The notes beneath the pieces are model-generated. The model had not been told where the DNA came from. It ran no database searches and saw only the letters and a program-made list of their open reading frames with translations. From NCBI GenBank assembly GCA_038998335.1, contig JAVZHQ010000001.1, positions 1 to 64,000 of the forward strand: 64,000 nt of DNA. The letters are read 5' to 3'. Source of the DNA: Candidatus Aenigmatarchaeota archaeon. GTDB lineage: Archaea > Aenigmatarchaeota > Aenigmatarchaeia > CG10238-14 > SCSR01. Position numbers and translations under genes: made by a program. Below are positions 21,501-29,187 of the stretch, one piece after another (the first letter of the stretch is position 1; each line of letters opens with the position of its first letter).

Positions 21501-22149
21501 TACAATCTTTGCTCAAGGATGGGAAGAGTCCTCAAGCTTAAGATTAGTAATAGTTTTTGATGAAGTTCACAGGTTACTTGAAAAATATGGAGGAAAAGGA
21601 GGTTATGTTGCTTTAGAAAGGGCTTGCAGAGAATTTAGAAAGTGGGGAATAGGATTAATAATGGTTTCTCAAGTTTTAAGCGATTTCAAGGAAGCAATAA
21701 AGGGTAATGTTTTAACAGAAATTCAAATGCACACTAAAAGCTTAGGAGATTTAGCAAGAGTTGAGAAGAAGTATGGTTTAGAGTATGCTAAAAGGGTTGC
21801 AAGACTTGAGGTAGGAGTTGGCCTAATACAAAACCCAAAGTATAACGAGGGAATTCCTTGGTTCATTTCTTTTAGGCCGCCATTACACATGCCTCATAAG
21901 ATTCCAGAAAAAGAGCTTAAGATGTACAAAGACTTTAGCAAAGCAATAGAGGAAATAGAAAGAGAGCTTGAAATAATAGAAAAGGCAGGGATGGATATAT
22001 TTGAATTCAAAACAGAATTAAAATTAGCTAAGGATAAGCTCAAACAAGGTAGCTTTAGGATGGCTGAGATTTACATAACTTCCTTAAGAAAGAAGCTTGT
22101 CGATTTTTGGATAGGCAAGTATGGAGAGGGTAAGTATAGAAGAAAATAA
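15595..22149 (+). CDS. 2184-aa surface protein: repeat beta-propeller, Ig-like stalk, Cys-rich motif, TM helix and cytoplasmic HerA/FtsK-superfamily P-loop ATPase
   Basis: N-terminal hydrophobic segment; FG-GAP-like repeats (GNLSSDEGNEIVVG); CGNGKCGYGESCVNCPEDCG; TM ~20950-21009; Walker A GATGSGKS 21172-21195; VVVFDP; Walker B LVIVFDEVH ~21544-21570; REFRKWGIGLIMVSQ. Confidence 0.9.
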   Translation: MQEKVKIFLLFFFSSIFLLIFLKLSISSFFQQTFTLDLELKIFNFSLNSLNNSKLSEDLIFSGSENQTVWIRLPKNSTVFYSNISLEGIMKPLLTTTGLNIYKLEVGNVIPTNDFDEIAIVGPSYIKLLNNHGNEIWSFNVTGTAVSLGNLSSDEGNEIVVGTSNGYIYLFNSSGSLKFQKSIGFKINDIEVGNVIPTNDFDEIAIATGNGTYVLTSVGNQLWMYSGSFEGIGIGNLSSDEGNEIVVGTSNGYIYLFNSSGSLKFQKSIDVEINDIEVGNVIPTNDFDEIAIATINGTIFLLDFNGNILWSFDTFGSSVTTIRVAEVTSEYPGNEVIAGSEDNKVYVISASGQLIWSYLTQNIVKGLGIGNLSQDPGEEVVAGTMLPATYTLYILNFEYYPTNVSLDIGNDGEIEWYYSGKFRGKASVSNNSAFQKYLSNCEPDSTGNCDIPLVFHSDFAGDLNITSVYLEFEYNLSGIIFSSTINAWSRVVNIRANESVGNQTINISFTRNPALDLRINYIKVNDSATRCDFNNITYNVTTIGGKKYCNISSLNFLIPSSGSLPSAILWDDSMNVGVPIIINESEGRVIEAFWKKNITIWNTTPQIFYNITANTSIDESVVISQPKLKVFWNNNWYDITPSQSSNNCNSTNPTYQKITIGSDEFFVCKQDTNFNGIEDLFVWKQPHSSITLYEVSGSGNRPPILSNITVLPSKAIWGSEFNISLNVSDVENDNVTLQLWVNIKSLNVSQLIEEKNFTGNQSITFTFSTNKSWVGINEFWFNYTDFNSSSGIQLHDWIISSFYPGPNVTKRNASVIYIEGNDSRVNRSEATLLSVQLIDNFDSSPIPNANCSFWVWLNQTHNSSYFTKSDENGFCNYSFTPNSSYQPGQREWKAGVYSDSYYETNISSGFFVKIYGKLNIRLNSLSNFTRGISLLNASLFDEFNQPVKLSGYTCEWFINDTLENTTQTDSYGFCFHPWKTDCSNELGYYNINVTLSGNVNEFYYLNQTSQEILRALKDNLNITIISPLPNSIYHVGETILLNSTINDSCGLATYNYSVIWFGDGKTDPGLSTCSMSVEGENSSYNVASNCMPGIFLIKANASGELYNSDQKNVSVWIYGWSQVNFTFPLNESKVNKAEREMLDLVCQVKDPSSPVQELENYPVYFWDLTSGEEFLAQVKTNLTGYAKYSWNITNISDLAQVKCNISNTNITFYRYYNASVKESYITFSIIENDTKAPTIENLKAEPAILGESVKIEANVSDKYGVDKVWVNVSFPNSSFAIYYLQNKTSQITNTTWEVTIPGLNLGDYDFVLFANDTSNNIANATSWFEVYQPIQMYLNASFPIDFTFFRPGKEIIIHRFSYPPGNYNFTLHKRTYDWSIKIGENWIKIFNFNTTRTSELQFNSSDANLTNPINISLISVSLIDLPKPEKYKISAFEIKTNASYSNLLITFNYSKDLNEGRIWFEPGIKIFKCANWSYPNCYSGWVEVSSNLDLTNHLISTLQTSPSVYTAAEIEVCGNGKCGYGESCVNCPEDCGSCGPTYTPPAGGGGGAGAPSLPPETTPTEEIKFSIRTNLSEAQININETKYFALWILNEMSSRQNFTVSISGSITDLVKIERDFISVNPKTEGMLLIEAYAPPRTELGTYTGTIYVTTARKTQNLPVTLTVSLKGLIELDIMAEALTKQVNPDRVARFRIVLYNLGVKKNFDANFTFIVQNPETKEIIFSTSKIKSLQSSYESFIEEIYIPQNISLGQYLFVVEAEYDGKKKSSSDLFEVVQPFWTPARIQLATILLVALFSVFSFFYARSYYKKWRLKTARYIAPVKPGKLPRGELWLGKVAEIRAKATFAMDDLTTHVLVAGATGSGKSVTASLFVEELLEKKIPVVVFDPTAQWTGFVRPCKDPKILKYYRAFGLSPEEAKPFKGLIFEVTTPKVEIDFKKLMNPGEITIFTLDKLKPGQYDEAVTHIIDTIFAQGWEESSSLRLVIVFDEVHRLLEKYGGKGGYVALERACREFRKWGIGLIMVSQVLSDFKEAIKGNVLTEIQMHTKSLGDLARVEKKYGLEYAKRVARLEVGVGLIQNPKYNEGIPWFISFRPPLHMPHKIPEKELKMYKDFSKAIEEIERELEIIEKAGMDIFEFKTELKLAKDKLKQGSFRMAEIYITSLRKKLVDFWIGKYGEGKYRRK
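15905..16476 (+). repeat. 258-bp-period internal duplication in the propeller region
   Basis: 16037-16218 is nearly identical to 16295-16476; tagaagtaggcaatgttatccc...gaaatcgcaatag occurs at 15905, 16163 and 16421. Confidence 0.9.
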
Positions 22150-23032
22150 CGAGAAATTAAAAAAATTGAAAGAGAAGTACGGAGTAATAGAGGAAATTCC
22201 TGAAAGGGAAATAGAAGAGGCTAAACCTAAGAAAAGTCCAAAAGTAGAAGTAGAAGAAATAACTTTACCTGAGCTTCTTTTAAGGGTTGAGAAGATCGAA
22301 GGCAAAATAGAAGTTTTAACAGATTTCAAGAAAAGTATTGACGAAAGGGTCGAAGTGATATCAGAAGGCTTAGGCGAGCTAAGGTCTACACTTCTAGAAA
22401 AAGAAAAGCTTTTGACAAAAATGGAAAAAGATGTACAAATGGTTTTGGATTCTATTTCTGAGCTTGATTTGGACAAAATAAAGAAGATGGTTTCGAAAAG
22501 AGATGTAGAAATAGAAGAGATAAAAGCTAACTTAGAAAAGCTTGAAGAAATGATAAAAGAAGTTCAAAAACAGTTGAAAGATTTCTTTGATGCTATGGAG
22601 AAAATAAAAAATATTGAAAGCTTGATACTTGCTTCCGAAAAGCTTGACAAGAAAATGGATAAAATAGAAGAAGCAAAAATCTACATAACAAAAACTGCTT
22701 CAAAAGTAGAGTCGATATTTACCGAGCTAAGTGAAAAAGCAAGCCTAATAGAAAAACAGAAGAATGACATAGAGAAAATAAAAGATTTGAGCATGGAAAT
22801 AGTTAGAACCTTGGATGAGCTAAGCCTAAAGCTTACAAAGTTTGTCAGGAAAGAAGAGCTTGAAGAGCTTAAAAGTGAGGTAGAGAAAAAGCTGGGAGGA
22901 AAGATTGAAATTAAAAAAGAAGTAAAACCAAAAGAAGAGGCTAAACCAAAAGAAGAGAAAAAGCCTGAAGAAAAAGAAGAGGATATTTGGGTAAGCTTAA
23001 GAGAAAAATGGAAAAGGCTTGCTTCTTATTAG
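22121..23032 (+). CDS. Long coiled-coil protein, function unknown
   Basis: E/K/L/I-rich heptad pattern over about 220 aa; overlaps the upstream gene end. Confidence 0.75.
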   Translation: MERVSIEENNEKLKKLKEKYGVIEEIPEREIEEAKPKKSPKVEVEEITLPELLLRVEKIEGKIEVLTDFKKSIDERVEVISEGLGELRSTLLEKEKLLTKMEKDVQMVLDSISELDLDKIKKMVSKRDVEIEEIKANLEKLEEMIKEVQKQLKDFFDAMEKIKNIESLILASEKLDKKMDKIEEAKIYITKTASKVESIFTELSEKASLIEKQKNDIEKIKDLSMEIVRTLDELSLKLTKFVRKEELEELKSEVEKKLGGKIEIKKEVKPKEEAKPKEEKKPEEKEEDIWVSLREKWKRLASY

Positions 23033-23069
23033 AAAAAAGAATTAAAGATAGAAAAACAAATTAATAATC

Positions 23070-23843
23070 ATGACAAGGATAATAGGAATAATTTCTGGTA
23101 AAGGAGGAGTAGGAAAAACAACGCTTACGACAAACTTATCCTATGCGATAGCTCAGCTTGGTCAAGAAGTTATAGCTATAGATGCCAACATAACTACTCC
23201 TCACCTAGGCTTAGCCTTAGGTTATCAGTTTGTTCCAAAAGGTTTACAAAATGTTTTAAGAGAAGGAGTAAGTTTGGAAGATGTAATTTATTCTCATCCT
23301 TTTGGTTTTAAGTTCATTCCTTCAGTTTTAAACGTAAATGAATTAAAAGATGTCGATGTAGGCAAGTTACCAGAGGTAACTTTAAGTTTAATAGGAAAAG
23401 CTGACTTTGTTTTTTTAGATTGTGCTCCTGGCTTAGGAAGAGAAGCGACTTCAGCTATTCTTTCTGGCTCAGAATTTTTGCTCGTAACAAACCCAGAAAT
23501 TTCTAGTGTTATAGATGCCTTAAGAACTGCCTCTATAGTAAAAAATTCCAACAAGGAAATTATAGGAGTTGTTGTCAACAGAGTAAGAAATAAGCCTTAT
23601 GAGCTTAAAAAGGAGGAAATAGAAGAAATTCTTGAGCTTCCTGTTTTAGCAGAAATTCCGGAAGATAGAAACGTACAAAAAAGCATTTCTCTTAAGCTTC
23701 CTTTGCTTAGCGTTTATCCAGACTCTCCTGCATCTGTTGAGATCAAAAGGCTAGCTTATTTGCTATGTGGCTTTCCGTTCAAGGCAAGAAAACCAAGGCT
23801 TAATTTAATTCAAAGGCTTGTGAGATGGATGATAAAAGAATAA
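23070..23843 (+). CDS. minD: MinD/ParA-family ATPase (archaeal MinD type)
   Basis: Deviant Walker A SGKGGVGKTT, DCAPG, C-terminal amphipathic LIQRLVRWM. Confidence 0.85.
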   Translation: MTRIIGIISGKGGVGKTTLTTNLSYAIAQLGQEVIAIDANITTPHLGLALGYQFVPKGLQNVLREGVSLEDVIYSHPFGFKFIPSVLNVNELKDVDVGKLPEVTLSLIGKADFVFLDCAPGLGREATSAILSGSEFLLVTNPEISSVIDALRTASIVKNSNKEIIGVVVNRVRNKPYELKKEEIEEILELPVLAEIPEDRNVQKSISLKLPLLSVYPDSPASVEIKRLAYLLCGFPFKARKPRLNLIQRLVRWMIKE

Positions 23844-23856
23844 GCCTATTCAATCT

Positions 23857-25521
23857 TCATTTTTTTGCAAAAATAGGTTCGATTTCAACTTCAAAAGCAG
23901 CTACAGGCATTTCCAAATTCCAATTCTCAAGAACCAAAGGATGAATTTCGCCTAAAAAACCAACTTGCTTATTTCCTACAAAAATTCCTGCAACTCGGGC
24001 TTGAATAAAGCTTTCATGCTCTATTGGCTTAAGTTTATAAGAAATTCCAAAGCTTGAGAGCAAAGAATCTAAAAAAGAAGAAATATCTTCATAACTTGCT
24101 TTTGTATCAGAAATAGCACAAGCAAGCTTTCTTATCTCTCTAGTTTTTCCTTCTCTTGTTTCATCTATAACAACACAATCTCCAATCTCAAATATTTTTT
24201 GAGGATATTCGACATGTTTATTGCTAGAAAGAAACTCTAACAAGTTAGGCAAAAGCCATGTCCTAAAAACACTCCAGCTCGAAGAGACAGGATTTTCTAT
24301 TTCAACTAAAGCTTCTTCTTTTCTGTTCATTTTCTTGAACAAGTTTTCCTTGCTTGTTAAGTTATAAGATAGAATTTCCTGGAAGCCTAAGCCTATCATA
24401 ACTTCAGCTACACTGTTTGAAATTTCTTCTAGTTCATCAATTTTTCCCATAGTGTGAATTTTTGGATAGTTTGGTTCTATCTTACTATAACCATAGGAAA
24501 TAAGGATATCTTCAACTATATCTCTAGAATGCATTATATCTTGACGATAAGCAGGATAAAGAACTTCAATTTTATTTCCTTTTGCTATCGCGTCATACCT
24601 TGCCATTTCTAAAAGCTCGCAAGCTTGAGCTTGAGTTAAGCTTAAGCCAGAAATTCTATTTATATAATCTAAGCTAATCTCTGCTTTTCTTGGCTTTAAA
24701 TCAGGAGTAATTAATGTTTTTTCTGGATAAACAACTTCCACGCTTTCTACCTTCCCTTTTCTCTCAGCCAAGGCAGTAACTATTGTGTTTAAGGCAGGAA
24801 CTAAGAAGTTAAAGTTAAAACCACTGCACTCTATAAAAACGTTTTTTGTTTTTGTAGTAACTTTTCCACTATAGTTTGAGTTTATTATAGGAGGAAGAGA
24901 TAACACTTCATTCCTTGAATCTATGAAAATTGGATATTCTTTAAATCCTTTAAGCAAATGTCCATACTCTTTTCCCTTAGGATGCTTTTCAAGAATTTCT
25001 TTTGGCGTAAGCTCTTCCTCAAAATCTAAAGGAACAAACTTTATTTCTTCTGGCTTAACAGTTGTGAATCTTATTGGAGGTTTAATTCTGTCTAGCTCAT
25101 AAACTCCTAAGGCAACTTCTTTTCTGTTTCTACCAAAAGTTGTGCAAATCTTTTCCTGAAGTTGAATGATTTGCGATAAAACATTTTCATCTATTTTTAA
25201 GCCTTTAACAACTGCGCAAACAGTTAAAGGCCTAACCTTTGAAACTTTTTTATCAACTATAACTTCTACTCTTGATTTTTCAACCTTATACTTTGGACAG
25301 CCTTTCTCTTTTTTTATCCTTCCTTTGATTTCCCTTGCAATTCCTTCTGCTGACCAAAGCTCTGGTCTATTAGTGTCTTTAACTTCAATTTTTAACAAAT
25401 CTCCTTCTACACTTTCTGCTTCACCTTTTGCAAACCTTACTAATTCTTTCATCTCTTCTAAGGAAACTTTTTTTCCTATCAGGTTGCATAAGTCTTTAAA
25501 AGATACTTCTATTGTTGGCAT
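23857..25521 (-). CDS. pheT: Phenylalanine-tRNA ligase beta subunit
   Basis: MPTIEV, TNRPELWSAEGIAR, SLPPIINS, YRQDIMHSRDIVED, GEIHP. Confidence 0.97.
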   Translation of the reverse strand: MPTIEVSFKDLCNLIGKKVSLEEMKELVRFAKGEAESVEGDLLKIEVKDTNRPELWSAEGIAREIKGRIKKEKGCPKYKVEKSRVEVIVDKKVSKVRPLTVCAVVKGLKIDENVLSQIIQLQEKICTTFGRNRKEVALGVYELDRIKPPIRFTTVKPEEIKFVPLDFEEELTPKEILEKHPKGKEYGHLLKGFKEYPIFIDSRNEVLSLPPIINSNYSGKVTTKTKNVFIECSGFNFNFLVPALNTIVTALAERKGKVESVEVVYPEKTLITPDLKPRKAEISLDYINRISGLSLTQAQACELLEMARYDAIAKGNKIEVLYPAYRQDIMHSRDIVEDILISYGYSKIEPNYPKIHTMGKIDELEEISNSVAEVMIGLGFQEILSYNLTSKENLFKKMNRKEEALVEIENPVSSSWSVFRTWLLPNLLEFLSSNKHVEYPQKIFEIGDCVVIDETREGKTREIRKLACAISDTKASYEDISSFLDSLLSSFGISYKLKPIEHESFIQARVAGIFVGNKQVGFLGEIHPLVLENWNLEMPVAAFEVEIEPIFAKK

Positions 25522-25525
25522 GGCT

Positions 25526-26764
25526 TCACCTTTTTATTTTAACTTCCCTTAACCACTTCAAGTTTCTTGAAAATAGTTCCCTTATATCATCTACTCCGAT
25601 TTTCACCATAGCAAGCCTATCAACCCCAAAACCCCAGGCAAGAACTGGCAATTTTATTCCTAAAGCTTCTGTTAGTTCTTCCCTAAAAATCCCTGCTCCA
25701 CAAACTTCGCTCCATCCCAAAACAGGATGCTTAACCAAAACTTCGCAAGAAGGTTCAGTAAAGGGAAAATAACCTTCAACAAACTTTACTTCATAGTTTC
25801 CAACTATTTCCTGGACAAACTTTTTAAGTAAGCCAAGCAAATCTCTAAAGCTAAGGTTTTCGTCTAAAACTATTCCTCCCATTTGTGTGAATTCTATACT
25901 ATGCTTTGTGTCAGGAACTTCTGGCCTGTAAACTCTTACTATTTGAAAGTATTTTCCAGGAATTTCCAATTCTTTTGAAGCAAGGATCATAGGAGATAGA
26001 GCTGTATCGTGAGCAATAGGCATAAGCTGAGAAGCTTTTTTTTCATCCCACTTATACTTCCAGTATTTCTCATGAACTTCCTTAACTTTTTTTGCTATTT
26101 CAGGAAGCTCTCCATATTTTGGATTTTTTAAACTAAAGCTCTGACTCCAGTCTCTTGCAGGATGGTCTTGAGGTTGAAACAAAGCGTCAAAGTTCCAGAA
26201 TTCTGTGACTACAGCTAAACTCCTAACTTCTTTAAAGCCTAACTCTACAAGCTTTCTTCTCATCTCGTTCAAGAACTTAACATAAGGATGTCTTTTTCCT
26301 GGATAAATTTTTTTACCTATAGCTTCAACGTTATAAGGTTTAAACTTAACTTCTCTCCAAAATCCAGTTTTTATAAGCTCTGGAGTAAGGTAGGCTATTT
26401 CTTTTCCTTTTAATTTCTTTACCTCTTCCTCTTCCTTAACAACTTTTCTAACTAACTTTCTAGAAAGCAAAACTTTTATTAATTCTTCACTTACTTCTTC
26501 ACTTTTTTCTATCTTTTCTAGAGCTTCTTGAAGCTCAATTCTTTGAGGAGCTTTAACTAAAATTATTTTATTACCTTTTTTCTCAACCCACTCATTTTCC
26601 ATAGCCCATTTTAAAGCTATGGAAAAATTTTTTATTTTATTGCTTGCTTCTTTAATTTCCAAAACTTTTTCTTTTTTTGAAATTAAAAGCTCAACAAGCC
26701 TTTTTTCAGGCAAGCCTTCTTTTAAATACTCTTTTCCTTCTTCTGTAAGCTCATACTTTACCAT
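25526..26764 (-). CDS. pheS: Phenylalanine-tRNA ligase alpha subunit
   Basis: FWNFDALFQPQDHPARD, YFPFTEPS, GAGIFR, AWGFGVDRLAM. Confidence 0.97.
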   Translation of the reverse strand: MVKYELTEEGKEYLKEGLPEKRLVELLISKKEKVLEIKEASNKIKNFSIALKWAMENEWVEKKGNKIILVKAPQRIELQEALEKIEKSEEVSEELIKVLLSRKLVRKVVKEEEEVKKLKGKEIAYLTPELIKTGFWREVKFKPYNVEAIGKKIYPGKRHPYVKFLNEMRRKLVELGFKEVRSLAVVTEFWNFDALFQPQDHPARDWSQSFSLKNPKYGELPEIAKKVKEVHEKYWKYKWDEKKASQLMPIAHDTALSPMILASKELEIPGKYFQIVRVYRPEVPDTKHSIEFTQMGGIVLDENLSFRDLLGLLKKFVQEIVGNYEVKFVEGYFPFTEPSCEVLVKHPVLGWSEVCGAGIFREELTEALGIKLPVLAWGFGVDRLAMVKIGVDDIRELFSRNLKWLREVKIKR

Positions 26765-26800
26765 AATTTTAAAATATCGTTTTAAACAGTTAAAAATTAG

Positions 26801-27514
26801 TTATCTTATTGGTTTGTACTTATTATAGCCTATGCTCTTCCCCCTTAGAAGATAGCTAAGGTAAGAATAGATATACCTTCCTGCCGCTTTTGTTCTTCCC
26901 CAGGCTTCTATTCTTCTAGGAGAAGTTAAGGCGATAGTATTTTCTACAAAAACAATTTTTCCAAGTTTGGAAATTCTTCTTGATAAATCAATATCTTCAT
27001 AAACTTTTAGCTTTTCGTTAAAACCACCAATCTTTTCAAAAGCGTCTTTTCTGTAAGCACAGCACCCTCCAGCTATGTGTGGGGTTTTTGTTTTTATCGA
27101 AGCTTTGGCCAACTGATCATAAAGCCAGTAAATTAAAAAATCTCTTGCCTTTGAGCTTAAAGGAACCAAAGGGCAGCAAGCTCCTACAACATTTTTCTTC
27201 TTAAAAGCTTTACTTATCTCACTTAAGGTGTTAAAGCAAAGAATAGTATCAGCATCAACGAAAAACAGAATTTCCCCCTTTGCAACTCTTGCTCCAGTAT
27301 TTCTTTCTATCGCTATTCCTTTCTTTTCAGCTATAACTACCTTATCAGCATAATTTTTTGCAATCTCTACAGTTTTATCCTTACTTTTTCCGTCTGCTAC
27401 GATTATTTCATACTTTCCTTTATAATCTTGATTTTTTATCGACTTCAAACAAGCTTCTATTAGTTTTTCTTCGTTTAAAGTAGGAACTATTACTGAAATG
27501 AAAGGTAGTTTCAT
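26801..27514 (-). CDS. Glycosyltransferase family 2
   Basis: ISVIVPTLNEE, DGKSKDKT, RNTGA, FVDAD, GGFNE..EDIDL. Confidence 0.92.
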   Translation of the reverse strand: MKLPFISVIVPTLNEEKLIEACLKSIKNQDYKGKYEIIVADGKSKDKTVEIAKNYADKVVIAEKKGIAIERNTGARVAKGEILFFVDADTILCFNTLSEISKAFKKKNVVGACCPLVPLSSKARDFLIYWLYDQLAKASIKTKTPHIAGGCCAYRKDAFEKIGGFNEKLKVYEDIDLSRRISKLGKIVFVENTIALTSPRRIEAWGRTKAAGRYIYSYLSYLLRGKSIGYNKYKPIR

Positions 27515-27587
27515 GCTCTTAAATTTTCAATTAAACATTAAAAATTTTTCTTCTCGTTATTTAAATGAAATCACTTAAGGGTAGTGC

Positions 27588-28703
27588 TCAATCTCTAAGC
27601 ATAAATTCTTCTATTCTATTCTTTGCTTCTTCCCTTCTTTTTTGATGCTCTTTTAAAAACTTGTTTATTACTTCTATAGTAATCTCTTTTAGTTCGCCTG
27701 TAAGCATTTTTCCAGATTTATAATCTTCGTAAATTTGCTTAAGTCTTTTTGAATCTTCAAGGTAAAAAGTCAAGTATTGGTAAGAAACGTCTATTTCTGG
27801 AATCCCACCTTTTTTCCTATGCTCTTCTACAGTTGCTCTCCCTCCTGAGAAAGCGTACTTAATAATTTTTGTTCTAACTTTTTCTGGTGTGTCAGTAGTA
27901 AAAATTGCTGTGTTTTCTAGCGAGGTTGACATTTTCCCTCCTTCTGTCAGGCTTGGTAAGAATTTACAAAGTATTGTTGAAGGTTTTGGAAAACCAAGCT
28001 TTGGTGCTATGTCACGAGTAAGTCTAAAGTGTACATCTTGATCAACAGCACAAGGAATTAAGCAATAAGTTGGTTTATTTTCCCATATAGTTGGCAAAAA
28101 AGCAGGAACAGATTGCATGCAAGTATAAAAAATTTCCCCCAAGTTATTTGACTCTTTAAAACCAAACAAAGCTTTGGCAGTAGAAAAAGTTACTTTTTTT
28201 GCTACTAAGCATGCATACTTGTACAAATGTCCTGCATACTCTGTATCTAAAAATATTTTTGTTTTCTTAGGGTCGAAACCTATTGCTATTATATCTAGAA
28301 TATTCTCATAAGCCCATTTTTTTGTTTCTTCTAAGGTTAGATTATCTTTGAAGAAAAATTTCTCTTCGTCAGGAATTTGGAAGATAAGAGTTGCGTCAAA
28401 CTTGTCTTGTAACCATTTTGCAAAAATCCAAGGAACTAAATGACCAAGATGAACAGGACCAGAAGGGGCCCTTCCTGTGTAAAGGTAAAATTTATTCCCC
28501 TTTTCGTATTCTTTGAGAATCAAATCAAAGTATTTATGAGCAAAAAAAATCTTTCTTTCAAGAAAGTAGTGAAGCTCATGAGTATGCTGTTTAATCTGTG
28601 CTATAATTTTTTCGTCTAAAAGCTCAACACCAAAATTTTTCACAAGTTTTTGATAATCTATTTTTCCTTTAACTTCCCATGGAGTTACTACAAAACCCTT
28701 CAT
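27588..28703 (-). CDS. trpS: Tryptophan-tRNA ligase (archaeal/eukaryotic type)
   Basis: VTPWEV, YTGRAPSGPVHLGH, DQDVHFRLTRD, KMSTS, YAFSGG. Confidence 0.97.
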   Translation of the reverse strand: MKGFVVTPWEVKGKIDYQKLVKNFGVELLDEKIIAQIKQHTHELHYFLERKIFFAHKYFDLILKEYEKGNKFYLYTGRAPSGPVHLGHLVPWIFAKWLQDKFDATLIFQIPDEEKFFFKDNLTLEETKKWAYENILDIIAIGFDPKKTKIFLDTEYAGHLYKYACLVAKKVTFSTAKALFGFKESNNLGEIFYTCMQSVPAFLPTIWENKPTYCLIPCAVDQDVHFRLTRDIAPKLGFPKPSTILCKFLPSLTEGGKMSTSLENTAIFTTDTPEKVRTKIIKYAFSGGRATVEEHRKKGGIPEIDVSYQYLTFYLEDSKRLKQIYEDYKSGKMLTGELKEITIEVINKFLKEHQKRREEAKNRIEEFMLRD

Positions 28704-28764
28704 AATAATAAATTTGAAAGCTTTTTAAGAATAAATATACATTTATTTTCAATTAAGTGAGATT

Positions 28765-29187
28765 ATGGCAGCGTTTAAGTTTGTTGTTGCTGATCCAGAA
28801 ACAAGAAAAACTTATCAAGTAGAAGTGGAAAAAAACAAAGCCTTAGGTTTAATAGGAAAGAAAATTGGTGATGAATTTAACGGCGAAATTTTAGGTTTAA
28901 TAGGCTACACTTTAAAAATCACAGGTGGAACGGATAAAGATGGTTTTCCCATGCATCCTGATGTTAAAGGTATGGGAAGAAAAAAAGTTTTGTTATCTTC
29001 ACCACCTTGTTTCCATCCAACAAAAAAAGGGGAGAGAAGAAGAAAAACTGTAAGAGGAAACACAATAAGTGAAGACATAGTTCAAATAAATTGCAAGATA
29101 GTTAAAAGGGGAGAAAAACCTGTAGAAGAGCTTATTCCTATAAAGCAAAAGGAAAAGAAGGAAGGGGGTGGAGAAAGTAAAGGATGA
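28765..29187 (+). CDS. rps6e: 30S ribosomal protein S6e
   Basis: LKITGGTDKDGFPM, GERRRKTVRGN. Confidence 0.97.
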   Translation: MAAFKFVVADPETRKTYQVEVEKNKALGLIGKKIGDEFNGEILGLIGYTLKITGGTDKDGFPMHPDVKGMGRKKVLLSSPPCFHPTKKGERRRKTVRGNTISEDIVQINCKIVKRGEKPVEELIPIKQKEKKEGGGESKG

